Source: Microcystis aeruginosa NIES-2549
GTDB taxonomy: Bacteria; Cyanobacteriota; Cyanobacteriia; Cyanobacteriales; Microcystaceae
Direction of reading: 5' to 3'
DNA: 32,000 nucleotides
Assembly: GCF_000981785.2 (NCBI RefSeq)
Contig: NZ_CP011304.1
Location: forward strand, 360,001-392,000
Shown here: positions 1 to 10,329 of the stretch, piece after piece
Numbering within the stretch: the stretch's first letter is position 1
Layout: each line of letters starts with the position of its first letter
Made by a program: the position numbers and the translations under genes
Notes under the pieces: model-generated
Database searches by the model: none
The model's input: only the letters and a program-made list of their open reading frames with translations
Told to the model about the DNA's origin: nothing

Positions 1-1102
1 GGCTGAGGAGTTGCTCGTCAGACTGGGGGTTATTAGCGAAAAAAGCCAGTAATTTTTGCTGTAGGGGCGGATTTTCGACGGCAAAGAAGGAAAGGGCCAG
101 TTCTTGCAGATTGGGATTATCTTCCAGAAAGAAAATGAGTAAACGGTAGTAAATGGCTCTTGCTTCTTCTTGATTAACGAGATTGAGGTTTTTTAGCTCT
201 CGAATCGCCTGATCGCAACCTTTACGGCTGAAAATGACGTAAATGGCTGGGAGCATATCCTTGTCCCGCAGAGTGGTGACAATCGAGGCAATGGTGGGAC
301 AATCTTCTCGTTTTAAGCGTCGGGAGCTGCCCCGAGGGGCTTTAGGACGCAGTTTCGGGTTAACTTTGCTCTGTTTTGGGTCGAGCAGCGGGAATAATCC
401 CTCTTTATTGACGAAATAAAAGCGCAGGGGGACGGGACGAAAATCGGAGTTAATTAGCTCGCAGCTGGAGGTCTGTTTATTGTCGCCGGATTGGGGCAGT
501 TGCCGCACCCAGTTAATCCAGTCGGTGAGTTCTCCCGGGTTGCCGATGGTGGCGGAGAGGGCTACTAATTGGATACTAGGGGGACAGTAGATAATTGATT
601 CTTCCCAAACGGTGCCGCGACCTCGATCACTGATATAGTGACATTCATCGAGAACCAGGGTTTCCACGTTTTCTAGGGAAGTGCCTACCTGACCAATCGG
701 GGTTTGGTACAGCATATTGCGAAAAATTTCTGTAGTCATGACTACAATTAATGCTGAAGGATTGATCACCACATCGCCGGTAATTAATCCCACTTCCGCA
801 AACAGCAGCGGGGAATCCTCATCGCCATCGGTGGGGGTACGACCGAATTTTTCTTGAAAATCCCGGAATTTTTGGTTAGAAAGAGCTTTCAGGGGAGTGG
901 TGTAGAAAACCCGTTTGCCCCTTTCTAGGGCGCGATAGATAGCGTATTCTCCGATTAAAGTTTTGCCGGAACCCGTGGGAGCGCAGACAACCACTGATTT
1001 ACCGGCAGCAAGAGCAGCGATCGCCGATTGCTGGAAGTCGTCGAGTTTAAAGGGAAAAATGGTTTTGAGATCCAAAGAAGTAGGGTTTAGGGACTCTTTC
1101 AC
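1..1102 (-). CDS. Ski2/HelY-like DExH-box superfamily-2 helicase, N-terminal part (3' end runs off the window)
   Basis: Not in the supplied ORF track. The reverse-complement reading of 1..1102 is uninterrupted. It gives ...FKLDDFQQSAIAALAAGKSVVVCAPTGSGKT (Walker A, rc of ~958-1011), TTEIFRNMLY, VLDECHYISD (motif II DExH, rc of ~640-670) and LSATIGNP (motif III). The first possible start after the in-frame TAA (rc of 1157-1159) is GTG at 1100-1102. Confidence 0.85.
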   Translation of the reverse strand, partial: MKESLNPTSLDLKTIFPFKLDDFQQSAIAALAAGKSVVVCAPTGSGKTLIGEYAIYRALERGKRVFYTTPLKALSNQKFRDFQEKFGRTPTDGDEDSPLLFAEVGLITGDVVINPSALIVVMTTEIFRNMLYQTPIGQVGTSLENVETLVLDECHYISDRGRGTVWEESIIYCPPSIQLVALSATIGNPGELTDWINWVRQLPQSGDNKQTSSCELINSDFRPVPLRFYFVNKEGLFPLLDPKQSKVNPKLRPKAPRGSSRRLKREDCPTIASIVTTLRDKDMLPAIYVIFSRKGCDQAIRELKNLNLVNQEEARAIYYRLLIFFLEDNPNLQELALSFFAVENPPLQQKLLAFFANNPQSDEQLLS

Positions 1103-1327
1103 GTCAAGTCTAAGAGGAGAAATTTTTTTAATTGTGGCTATTCTGACTGGCTTTTTTTATTCTAGTCGAAAAAAGCAGACTTCTAGAAACTAGGGATAAG
1201 CTTAACCTTTGGGGGTGATGCCCAATCCCATCATACTTCATCTGTATAAGAAATGCTGTAAGCTAAGAGGTATTTAAACCGCTTATTCTTAGATTAGCAG
1301 GATCTCTCCCAATCCCTTTGCTGTTGA

Positions 1328-1355
1328 CTCTTGCCTCTTGCCTCTTGCCTCGTCT
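1328..1355. repeat. Heptamer tandem repeat CTCTTGC x3 plus one degenerate unit
   Basis: Read directly: ctcttgc ctcttgc ctcttgc ctcgtct, in the divergent spacer between the helicase and the GGDEF gene. Confidence 0.85.
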
Positions 1356-1442
1356 CAACAAAAAATTTAAATTACGAACAGCTTATCACTAATAATTGTC
1401 TCTCTATTTTGTCCTTAGCTTGATTAATTATACTTACTGATC

Positions 1443-2375
1443 ATGATTAAGTTTCGTCCTCAAGACTGTCTAGTTTTAGTGGTTGATGATGTCAGTAAAA
1501 ATCTAGAATTGGCTGTGGAGATTCTTGATTCTGCTGGTTATGAAACTGCTTGCGCTAGTAGTTTTCAACAGGCAATAGAACGAGTAAAAACTGCTAATCC
1601 TGACCTAATTCTTCTTGACTTAATAATGCCAAAAAAGCGGGGGCTAGAACTTTGCCGAAGACTAAAAAGCGATAATTTATACGCTCATATACCGATTATT
1701 TTTGTAACAGATAGTAAAGAAAAAGAAGATATTATCAATGCTTTTAATTCTGGGGCTTTGGACTATATAACTAAACCCTTTCATAGTTGGGAACTGTTAG
1801 CCAGAGTTAAAATTCATTTAGAACTAAAAAAAACTCAAGAAGAATTAAAAAATATCAATTCTCAACTAGAAAAGCTAGTCAGAACTGATAGCCTAACTGG
1901 GGTAAATAATCGTCGAGAGATTCTCGCCTTGGGCGAGAAAGAATGGCAACGATGTCATCGTTATCATCGTTATTTTTCGGTTTTAGTCATCGATATAGAC
2001 CATTTTAAACATATTAACGATACCTTTGGTCATGTCCTGGGAGATAAAACTTTAATTACTATCGCTGGGGCAATTAAAAACTGTCTGCGTCAAGTGGATA
2101 GTTTTGGGCGCTTTGGGGGCGAGGAATTTGTCGCTATTCTCCCAGAAACTAATCTTGAGGATGCTGGAACCTTAGCCCGGCGCATTTGTCAAGTAATTAA
2201 CCAGCTAAATCTTGAAATTGATCGACAAAAAGTGCGAGTTACTGCTAGTATTGGTGTGGCAACATTTAGCCCCCAAGATAATAATCTAGAAACGGTGATC
2301 GAGCGGGCGGATCGTGCTATGTTCGCCGCTAAAAATCAAGGTAGAAATCGAGTTAGTCTAGGTAAAACAGTATGA
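1443..2375 (+). CDS. Response regulator receiver (REC) + GGDEF diguanylate cyclase
   Basis: 310 aa ORF. The N-terminal CheY-like domain has VLVVDD and the phospho-acceptor context DLILLDLIMP. The C-terminal part has an intact GGEEF active site with an RxxD I-site (RQVD) five residues upstream, as in PleD-type cyclases. Confidence 0.9.
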   Translation: MIKFRPQDCLVLVVDDVSKNLELAVEILDSAGYETACASSFQQAIERVKTANPDLILLDLIMPKKRGLELCRRLKSDNLYAHIPIIFVTDSKEKEDIINAFNSGALDYITKPFHSWELLARVKIHLELKKTQEELKNINSQLEKLVRTDSLTGVNNRREILALGEKEWQRCHRYHRYFSVLVIDIDHFKHINDTFGHVLGDKTLITIAGAIKNCLRQVDSFGRFGGEEFVAILPETNLEDAGTLARRICQVINQLNLEIDRQKVRVTASIGVATFSPQDNNLETVIERADRAMFAAKNQGRNRVSLGKTV

Positions 2376-3154
2376 AAAATTTGTTATTTATTCTTGGTTT
2401 TTTGCTCTTAGGTGTAGCCCCAAGTTTTAGCGCCGATCTCGATACAATTATACGCCGGGGAAAATTAATTGTCGCTGTCAAAAATAATCTCCCTCCCCTC
2501 GCTTTCCTTGATTCCCAGGGCAATCTGCAAGGATTGGAAATCGACATCGCTAAACGTCTAGCGGCAGAAATTCTCGGTTCTGACAGTGCTATTATTCTTA
2601 AACCCGTTAGTAATCAAGAACGTTTACAGGTGGTGATTGATGATCGAGTAGATTTCGCGATCGCTCGTGTGGCGATTACTCCTGCACGTCAGCGCTTAGT
2701 GGATTTTAGCCCCTTTTATTACCTCGATAGCAGCGGTTTTGTGACAAAAAACCCGCAATTGCAGCGTTTAGAAGACTTAGCTAACTCTAGAATCGCCGTA
2801 CTCAACGGCTCGACGACAATCGCCCTTGTGCGTTCCAATTTACCTAACGCTACCCTGCGCGGGGTTGCTTCCTATCAAGAAGCTTTTAATTTACTGGAAA
2901 CGGGGGAAATAGACGCTTTTGCGGCTGATAATAGCCTTTTAACTGGTTGGGTGCAGCAATTCCCCAATTATCGTCAATTACCGATCCAGTTGGGGGCGAT
3001 CGCTCTAGGAGTGGTTCTCCCTAAAGGTTTACAGTACCAAAGTCTCCGAGAACGCGTCAACCAAGCGATCGAGCGGCTAGAATCCTCTGGCTGGTTAGTA
3101 GAACGGGTGAACTATTGGGGACTCCCCCAGAGAATTCGCGAAATGGGGAGATAG
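2372..3154 (+). CDS. Periplasmic solute-binding protein, family 3 (polar amino-acid ABC-type SBP), orphan
   Basis: 260 aa. It has a signal peptide (MKNLLFILGFLLLGVAPSFSA) and an SBP_bac_3-like N-terminus (RGKLIVAVKNNLPPLAFLDSQGNLQGLEIDIAKRLA). Its ATG overlaps the upstream stop (ATGA at 2372-2375). No permease or ATPase gene is adjacent. Confidence 0.8.
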   Translation: MKNLLFILGFLLLGVAPSFSADLDTIIRRGKLIVAVKNNLPPLAFLDSQGNLQGLEIDIAKRLAAEILGSDSAIILKPVSNQERLQVVIDDRVDFAIARVAITPARQRLVDFSPFYYLDSSGFVTKNPQLQRLEDLANSRIAVLNGSTTIALVRSNLPNATLRGVASYQEAFNLLETGEIDAFAADNSLLTGWVQQFPNYRQLPIQLGAIALGVVLPKGLQYQSLRERVNQAIERLESSGWLVERVNYWGLPQRIREMGR

Positions 3155-3158
3155 GGTG

Positions 3159-3200
3159 ATGGGGTGTGGGAAGTGGGGTGTGAGGAGTGGGGTGTGGGGA
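3159..3200 (+). repeat. G-rich 14-nt tandem repeat x3 (GTGGGGTGTGRGRA), inside a larger G-run block at 3145-3208
   Basis: Read directly: atggggtgtgggaa gtggggtgtgagga gtggggtgtgggga. More than six runs of GGG/GGGG lie on the + strand. Confidence 0.85.
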
Positions 3201-3250
3201 GAAGGGAGTTTTTTGCTGTGAATAGTGAACAGTGAACTGAAAACTCACAT

Positions 3251-3299
3251 CTGATCACTGATTACTGATCACTGATCACTGATCACTGATAACTGACTA
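3251..3299 (+). repeat. Heptamer array CTGATNA x7 (CTGATCA/CTGATTA/CTGATAA)
   Basis: Read directly. It is preceded by the junction motif aaaactcacatctgat (3241-3256), which also borders the arrays at 20681-20696 and, as reverse complement, at 23858-23874. Confidence 0.9.
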
Positions 3300-3357
3300 A
3301 ATCCTGCTATAATCTGATGGAATAAGTATAAAAATATTAATTGCTCGATCGCTAATT

Positions 3358-3894
3358 ATGGAAGATACCCTACCGCTTATTTACGTTTCTGGATTGCTAA
3401 TTTTCGTGATTGGTTTAGGAATTTTTGTCATCGTGCAAATCTTTAAAACCCGTCGAGTGGAAGGAACCTTTAACAAGCTACAAAAGAAATTGCAAAAAGA
3501 AAAAGGTACAGCTAAAGAATACTATGAATTAGGGAGCCTTTATCTGGATAAAAAACTCTATGTTCAAGCCTTGAGTTTACTACAAAAGGCTTTAAAAATG
3601 TCTGAAGAAGAAAGCATCGAACCAGAAAATCAAGCCCTAATCTATAATGCGATCGGTTTTTCCTATTTTGCCCAAGAACAATTAGAATTAGCGATTCGTA
3701 ACTACAAAGAGGCAATTAAACTTTATCCTCAATACTCGATCGCTCTCAATAATCTTGGCAATGTTTACGAAAAGAAACAAATGGCTAAGAAAGCTCTCGA
3801 AACCTACGAAGAAACTCTCAAATTTGATCCTAATAATACCGTAGCGAAAAAGCGCGCCGAATCCCTGCGTAAACGCTTCGCCGAATCGAAATAG
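3358..3894 (+). CDS. Small membrane-anchored TPR-repeat protein (architecture resembles Ycf37-type photosystem assembly factors)
   Basis: 178 aa. It has an N-terminal TM helix (LIYVSGLLIFVIGLGIFVIVQIF) followed by about three TPR units (YYELGSLYLDKKLYVQALSLLQKALK; AIRNYKEAIKLYPQYSIALNNLGNVYEKKQ...). The Ycf37 assignment is from memory of the family architecture and is not verified. Confidence 0.8.
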   Translation: MEDTLPLIYVSGLLIFVIGLGIFVIVQIFKTRRVEGTFNKLQKKLQKEKGTAKEYYELGSLYLDKKLYVQALSLLQKALKMSEEESIEPENQALIYNAIGFSYFAQEQLELAIRNYKEAIKLYPQYSIALNNLGNVYEKKQMAKKALETYEETLKFDPNNTVAKKRAESLRKRFAESK

Positions 3895-3920
3895 TTTTGA
3901 CTACTGATCAAATTCTTTTT

Positions 3921-3955
3921 AGAGATCGAAGAATCTTCGATCTCTTTCTTTATTT
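3921..3955 (+). terminator. Intrinsic terminator: perfect 11-bp stem, 3-nt loop, T-rich tail
   Basis: agagatcgaag-aat-cttcgatctct followed by ttctttattt. It lies 26 nt after the TPR stop codon and overlaps the stop of the convergent permease gene. Confidence 0.75.
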
Positions 3956-5749
3956 CAAGCCATAAAACACCACGATTAAAACTGGGGTTAAAATCGTCAA
4001 AATTAAATTTAGGGGCGCACCCAAACGGGTAAAATCGAGGAATTTATAGCCGCCTGGTGCATAAACCATGGTGTTAGTTTGATAGCCAATCGGTGTTAGA
4101 TAACTATTAGAAGCAGCAAAGGTGACAGCATACATAAAAGCCAAAGGATTTAAACCCAAAGTTTTCGCCACTTCCACGGCGACGGGAATCATTAACACCA
4201 CGGCGGCGTTATTAGAGAGGATTTCAGTTAAAACTGAGGTAATTAGATAGAAGAAAACTAATATCCAAAACCCCGAAAGATGGCCGCCGATAGCCACTAA
4301 ATTATCTGCTAACCATTTAGTCGTTCCCGAGTTATCCATGGCAGTACCCAGGGGAATTAAACCCGCTAATAAAAAGATAATATCCCAACGAATGGAACCA
4401 TAGACTTCCCCCGGTTTTAGACAGCCAGTAATTACCATTAAAACCACCCCAACTAAACTGGTGACGAGAATTGGTTGAATATCAAAAGCAGCAATAATAA
4501 TCACCGACAAAGTAATTATTAAAGCAATCATGCCTTTATCCTTTCGCAGGGATTCGATATCTTTTTCTTCTAAGACTAATAATTCTCGCGTGGTTTGTAA
4601 CCCAATAAAACTCTGTTTTGGTCCCTGAACTAAGAGCAAATCGCCAAACTTTAAAGGAATTTTCCCCAATCTTCCTTGTAGTAATTCCGAACCACGCCGA
4701 ATCGCCAAAACCGTGGCATTATAACGCTGACGGAATTTTAGATCTTTTAAAGTTGTCCCAATTAAACGGGAATTAGAGAGAATCAAAACCTCGGCTAATT
4801 TTTCCTCACCTGTAGTAATTACCGATTCAATATCTCCTTTCTGAAATTTGACATCGGCAAAGATTTCTAAACCCCGTTCATCTTTGATTTTTAATAGTTC
4901 TTCCCGACTACTGTGAACGATTAAAATATCGCCAGCATTGAGAACTTTATCGGCTAAAGGTTGGGGTAAATGTACCTTATTTCTGATTAATTCCAACACA
5001 TCAAAATCAAACTTTCTTTGTAGTCCACTTTGGTATAAAGTTTGACCGATAAGATTAGAACGAGGGCTAATAATTACCTCACTCAGATATACTTTAGAAC
5101 CGTAATCATCGTCTAAAAATTCCCCTGTGGAAGATTTGCGATCGGGTAGTAATTTCGGGGCAAAAATTGTTAAATAAATCAACCCTGCTAAAAAAGTTAC
5201 TAATCCTAAAGCAGTGAATTGAAATAAGCTAAATTCCCCATAACCCAGCTTGGCAGAAATACCACTAGCGAGAATGTTAGTAGAAGTTCCTACCACGGTA
5301 ATCATCCCCGCTAAAACCGTGGCGTAGGAAAGGGGAATTAATAACTTAGAAGGAGAAATTTTTTGTTTTTTACACCAATCTTCGACGATGGGTAAAAAGA
5401 TCGCCACCACTGCCGTGTTATTAATAAAAGCACTAATCGGCCCCACTAATGCTCCTAGGACAAATACCTGTTGGTGGGGACTTTTGCCACCCCAAACCAG
5501 CAAGCGATCGCGAATTACTTGAATCACTCCCGTGCGGGTAATTCCGGCACTAAGCACAAACATCGCCATCACTGTTACCGTGGCAGAATTACTAAACCCG
5601 GCGATACCTTCTTCGGGAGTAACTAAACCCAAAAGAATCAGGACAATCGCCACGCATAAAGCGGTTAAATCTACCGGTAGCCATTCCGCCACGAAAGCGA
5701 CTAAAGCAACGACTAAAACCGTTAAAGTCAGAATAATTGGTGTTGGCAT
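3950..5749 (-). CDS. DASS/SLC13-type anion permease with two central TrkA-C (RCK_C) domains
   Basis: 599 aa. Hydrophobic multi-TM bundles at both ends flank a soluble region of about 200 aa. That region holds two similar segments (LSEVIISPRSNLIGQTLYQSGLQRKFDFDVLELIRN and LAEVLILSNSRLIGTTLKDLKFRQRYNATVLAIRRG). Confidence 0.8.
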   Translation of the reverse strand: MPTPIILTLTVLVVALVAFVAEWLPVDLTALCVAIVLILLGLVTPEEGIAGFSNSATVTVMAMFVLSAGITRTGVIQVIRDRLLVWGGKSPHQQVFVLGALVGPISAFINNTAVVAIFLPIVEDWCKKQKISPSKLLIPLSYATVLAGMITVVGTSTNILASGISAKLGYGEFSLFQFTALGLVTFLAGLIYLTIFAPKLLPDRKSSTGEFLDDDYGSKVYLSEVIISPRSNLIGQTLYQSGLQRKFDFDVLELIRNKVHLPQPLADKVLNAGDILIVHSSREELLKIKDERGLEIFADVKFQKGDIESVITTGEEKLAEVLILSNSRLIGTTLKDLKFRQRYNATVLAIRRGSELLQGRLGKIPLKFGDLLLVQGPKQSFIGLQTTRELLVLEEKDIESLRKDKGMIALIITLSVIIIAAFDIQPILVTSLVGVVLMVITGCLKPGEVYGSIRWDIIFLLAGLIPLGTAMDNSGTTKWLADNLVAIGGHLSGFWILVFFYLITSVLTEILSNNAAVVLMIPVAVEVAKTLGLNPLAFMYAVTFAASNSYLTPIGYQTNTMVYAPGGYKFLDFTRLGAPLNLILTILTPVLIVVFYGLK

Positions 5750-5753
5750 TGAT

Positions 5754-8534
5754 TTATTTTTTCGTCATGAACCAGCGAATAAATAACTTCTCCAACTCGA
5801 TCCAAACAAACATTAAGGCACTAAATCCAAAACAGATTAATAATTCCGTGCCACTAATCCATTGAGTGCCGAAGAAGCTTTGTAGAGGAGGAGCATAAAT
5901 TAACAACAATTGTAGGATCGTTGTCAAGCCCACGGCGGCGATAATGTAAGGATTAGAGAAGGGATTCATTTGCACAGCTAACTGGGTATGGGAACGCACC
6001 GCTAAAGCGTGACCCATTTGTGCTAAACAGAGGGTAGTAAATACCATGGTTTTCCAGCGTCCGGGATCTCCGATTTCGGGGGTTGCCTGAGTATATTGGT
6101 AAGCCCAGTACATCATAATAATGGTGAGAATGGCAAAGACGATGCCGATGCGAATCATATACCAACCCAACCCGCGAGCGAAAATGCTTTCCCGGGGGCT
6201 AAAAGGTGGACGTTTCATCACATTAGGTTCGGCGGGTTCCATTGCCAGAGCAAGAGCCGGTAAACCGTCAGTAACAAGGTTCATCCAGAGGATTTGCAAG
6301 GGAGAAAGGGGTACACCGCCTAAACCGAGCAGAGGAGCCGCTGCAATGGTTAAAACCTCGCCAATATTACTGCCGAGAATGTATTTAATAAAGCGCCGAA
6401 TGTTACTGTAAACCACGCGCCCTTCTTCAGTGGCAGCGACGATGGTGGCAAAATTATCATCCAGCAAAATCATATCGCTGGCTTCTTTGCTGACATCGGT
6501 TCCCGTAATGCCCATGGCGATGCCGATATCCGCTTGTTTTAGTGCCGGAGCATCATTGACTCCGTCCCCCGTCATGGCGACGAATTTGCCCCGTTTTTGC
6601 AAAGCTTGGACGATTCTCAGCTTATGTTCGGGAGAAACGCGAGCATAGACGCTCACACCATCTACCTCTGCCTCTAGGTCATTCTGAGACATTTTTTCTA
6701 ATTCTTTACCCGTGATTACTCGCTCCCCGGCAGCAGCAATGCCCAATTCACTGGCGATCGCCTTGGCGGTTAATTGGTGATCCCCGGTAATCATAATCGG
6801 ACGAATTCCCGCTTGACGACAGAGGGCAACCGCTTCTTTAACTTCTTTGCGGGGTGCATCGAGCATTCCCACCAATCCCAACCAAACCAAGGATTGTTCT
6901 TCACTATCTTCTCTTTCCGCTTCCGGCACTTCTGTCATCGGTTTATAGGAAAAACCTAAGACTCGTAGGCCATTACCCGCCATTTCGTCATTTTGTGCCA
7001 AAATACGGCTTCTTTGTTCAGCTGTTAAGGGTTGACTTTCCGCCCCAACTTGGATCAGAGAACAGCGTTCGAGAATTAATTCCGGTGAGCCTTTGGTAAA
7101 CATTAAATAGGCAGAATCCCCCAAACCTAACTGGGCATTCTCACAGATTACTGACATTCTCTTTCGTTCGGAAGAAAAGGGAAATTCGCCTAAACGAGGG
7201 CTTTTTGGTTCCAATGCTTCCCGATATAGTCCTCCTTTACCCGCCAACGTCAGTAAAGCTCCTTCGGTGGGATCGCCTAAAATTGACCATTCTTGCGCTT
7301 TATTTTGCAAAAGTGCATCATTACACAGCACACAAGCCGTTAAAATTGCCTGTAGTTCGGGATCACTTTCACTCGCGCCACTAAACTCCCCGATGGGCGC
7401 GTAACCTTCCCCCGTGACAGTAATGACATGGTGGGAAGTATTGACTTTCTGCACCACCATTTTATTTTGAGTTAAAGTTCCAGTTTTATCGGAGCAAATC
7501 GTCGTTACCGAGCCTAAAGTTTCCACTGCCGGCAATTTACGGATTAAAGCTTGTCTTCTCACCATTCTCTGGGTTCCAATTGCCAAAGTCACCGTCACCA
7601 CTGCCGGTAAACCTTCGGGAACAACGGCCACAGCCATACTGAGGGAAGTTTCGAGGAATGATTCAAAAAACTGCCAACCAAAGCGAATTACACCGCCAAT
7701 GACAACTATAGCCACTAAAGCTAGGGAACTACTCACTAAAACGTTACCTAACTGCGACATTCGCTGCTGTAGGGGAGTTGGTTCACTTTCTACTCCTTGC
7801 AACAAAGCGGCGATTTTACCGATTTCCGTGTCCATTCCCGTCTTGGTAATCGCCACTTTCCCTCGCCCTTGTACTACTTCTGTACCCTGATAGACGAGGT
7901 TAATGCGATCGCCTAAAGAGGCATCTTCAGGTAAAACCTTCTGTGCTTGTTTATTCACCGATTCCGCTTCACCCGTGAGGGCAGCTTCGCGAATTTGCAG
8001 GTTTTGTGCTTCTAATAATCTGCCATCGGCGGCAATTTGTACCCCCGCTTCCAGTAACATGATATCCCCGGGGACAAGTTCCTTGGCCGCCACTTCAAAG
8101 GTGCTACCATTACGGATAACCCTGACTTTCGGCGAGGATAACTGCTTAAGGGCGGCTAATGCCTTTTCTGCCCGACTTTCCTGTAAATATCCTAAAATAC
8201 CGTTTAAAATAACAATCGTAAAAATAGCGATCGCATCTTTGGGAAATTCCCCTTTTTTCAGATCCAAAACTGCCGAAACCACCGCCACGGCAATCAGCAT
8301 CACTAACATGATGTTAGTAAACTGTTCCCAGAGAATCATTAACGGGCTACGTCCCCCCGTTTCTTTTAGTTCATTTAACCCGAAAATATCCTTTCTTTTA
8401 ACAATTTCGTCCTCGATTAAGCCGGTTTCCCCATTGGTTCTCAGTATTTCTAGGGTTTGTTCGCCAGTTAAATTATGCCAAGCACGATTATTCTCTATTT
8501 CCGAGACTTGAGGTGACGTAGTGGGAAAAGTCAT
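5754..8534 (-). CDS. Cation-transporting P-type ATPase, type IIA (SERCA/PacL-like, probably Ca2+)
   Basis: 926 aa. It carries LTGEAE (TGE actuator motif), [11 protein letters not shown] (phosphorylation site), [10 protein letters not shown] and [22 protein letters not shown]. It has about 10 TM segments. Confidence 0.93.
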   Translation of the reverse strand: MTFPTTSPQVSEIENNRAWHNLTGEQTLEILRTNGETGLIEDEIVKRKDIFGLNELKETGGRSPLMILWEQFTNIMLVMLIAVAVVSAVLDLKKGEFPKDAIAIFTIVILNGILGYLQESRAEKALAALKQLSSPKVRVIRNGSTFEVAAKELVPGDIMLLEAGVQIAADGRLLEAQNLQIREAALTGEAESVNKQAQKVLPEDASLGDRINLVYQGTEVVQGRGKVAITKTGMDTEIGKIAALLQGVESEPTPLQQRMSQLGNVLVSSSLALVAIVVIGGVIRFGWQFFESFLETSLSMAVAVVPEGLPAVVTVTLAIGTQRMVRRQALIRKLPAVETLGSVTTICSDKTGTLTQNKMVVQKVNTSHHVITVTGEGYAPIGEFSGASESDPELQAILTACVLCNDALLQNKAQEWSILGDPTEGALLTLAGKGGLYREALEPKSPRLGEFPFSSERKRMSVICENAQLGLGDSAYLMFTKGSPELILERCSLIQVGAESQPLTAEQRSRILAQNDEMAGNGLRVLGFSYKPMTEVPEAEREDSEEQSLVWLGLVGMLDAPRKEVKEAVALCRQAGIRPIMITGDHQLTAKAIASELGIAAAGERVITGKELEKMSQNDLEAEVDGVSVYARVSPEHKLRIVQALQKRGKFVAMTGDGVNDAPALKQADIGIAMGITGTDVSKEASDMILLDDNFATIVAATEEGRVVYSNIRRFIKYILGSNIGEVLTIAAAPLLGLGGVPLSPLQILWMNLVTDGLPALALAMEPAEPNVMKRPPFSPRESIFARGLGWYMIRIGIVFAILTIIMMYWAYQYTQATPEIGDPGRWKTMVFTTLCLAQMGHALAVRSHTQLAVQMNPFSNPYIIAAVGLTTILQLLLIYAPPLQSFFGTQWISGTELLICFGFSALMFVWIELEKLFIRWFMTKK

Positions 8535-8605
8535 AGCGATCGATTGAAGAGGGTGTACGCGTGAACTAAAAAGGTAAGCGAATTAAGCTAATTACATATC
8601 ACAAT

Positions 8606-8668
8606 ATCAGTTATCAGTTATCAGTGACCAGTAAGCAGTTATCAGTAAGCAGTCAGCAGTTATCAAGG
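8606..8668 (-). repeat. Heptamer array (ATCAGTT-type on + strand; ACTGATA-type on the strand of the ATPase gene), about 9 units
   Basis: Read directly: atcagtt atcagtt atcagtg accagta agcagtt atcagta agcagtc agcagtt atcaagg. A G-rich segment gtgggaagatagggagaagggggaa follows. Confidence 0.85.
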
Positions 8669-8694
8669 AAGTGGGAAGATAGGGAGAAGGGGGA

Positions 8695-8718
8695 AAAAGC
8701 TGAAAAGCTGAAAAGCTG
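8695..8718. repeat. Octamer tandem repeat AAAAGCTG x3
   Basis: Read directly, in the divergent ATPase/pds spacer. A perfect TATAAT at 8743-8748 lies downstream, 46 nt before the pds ATG. Confidence 0.85.
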
Positions 8719-8787
8719 AAAAAAATGTAACGAAATGTGAAGTATAATAGCGAATGTGATAAAGACAAGACATTAGAGAGTAGATAG

Positions 8788-10224
<1,437 letters not shown>

Positions 10225-10329
10225 TTCTCTGGCTAGGGACTAATGACGAAAATGGCCTTGAGTGAGACAATGCTATATCATTAGCCACAGTTCGCCGTTA
10301 ATCTAAGTCAATCATTCCGCCCCAGCAGA

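Noticed and set aside
963-1193. 76-aa + strand ORF from the track
   Set aside because: It lies antisense to the well-supported helicase reading frame, which has Walker A on the opposite strand. It has no start context and its sequence is low-complexity.
3057-3248. ORFs reading through repeat DNA (3057-3248, 8607-8873, 29874-30188, 13371-13598)
   Set aside because: They are open only because the CAGTTAT/G-rich repeat strand lacks stop codons. Their products are repeat-derived, for example PHPTPHTPLPTPHHP and LITDN.
5532-8511. Several + strand ORFs (5532-5786, 6121-6411, 6430-6648, 6774-7099, 7699-7890, 7903-8511)
   Set aside because: All are antisense to the DASS permease or P-type ATPase genes, whose motifs are unambiguous. 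Their translations are Ser/Pro/Arg-rich with no recognisable domains.
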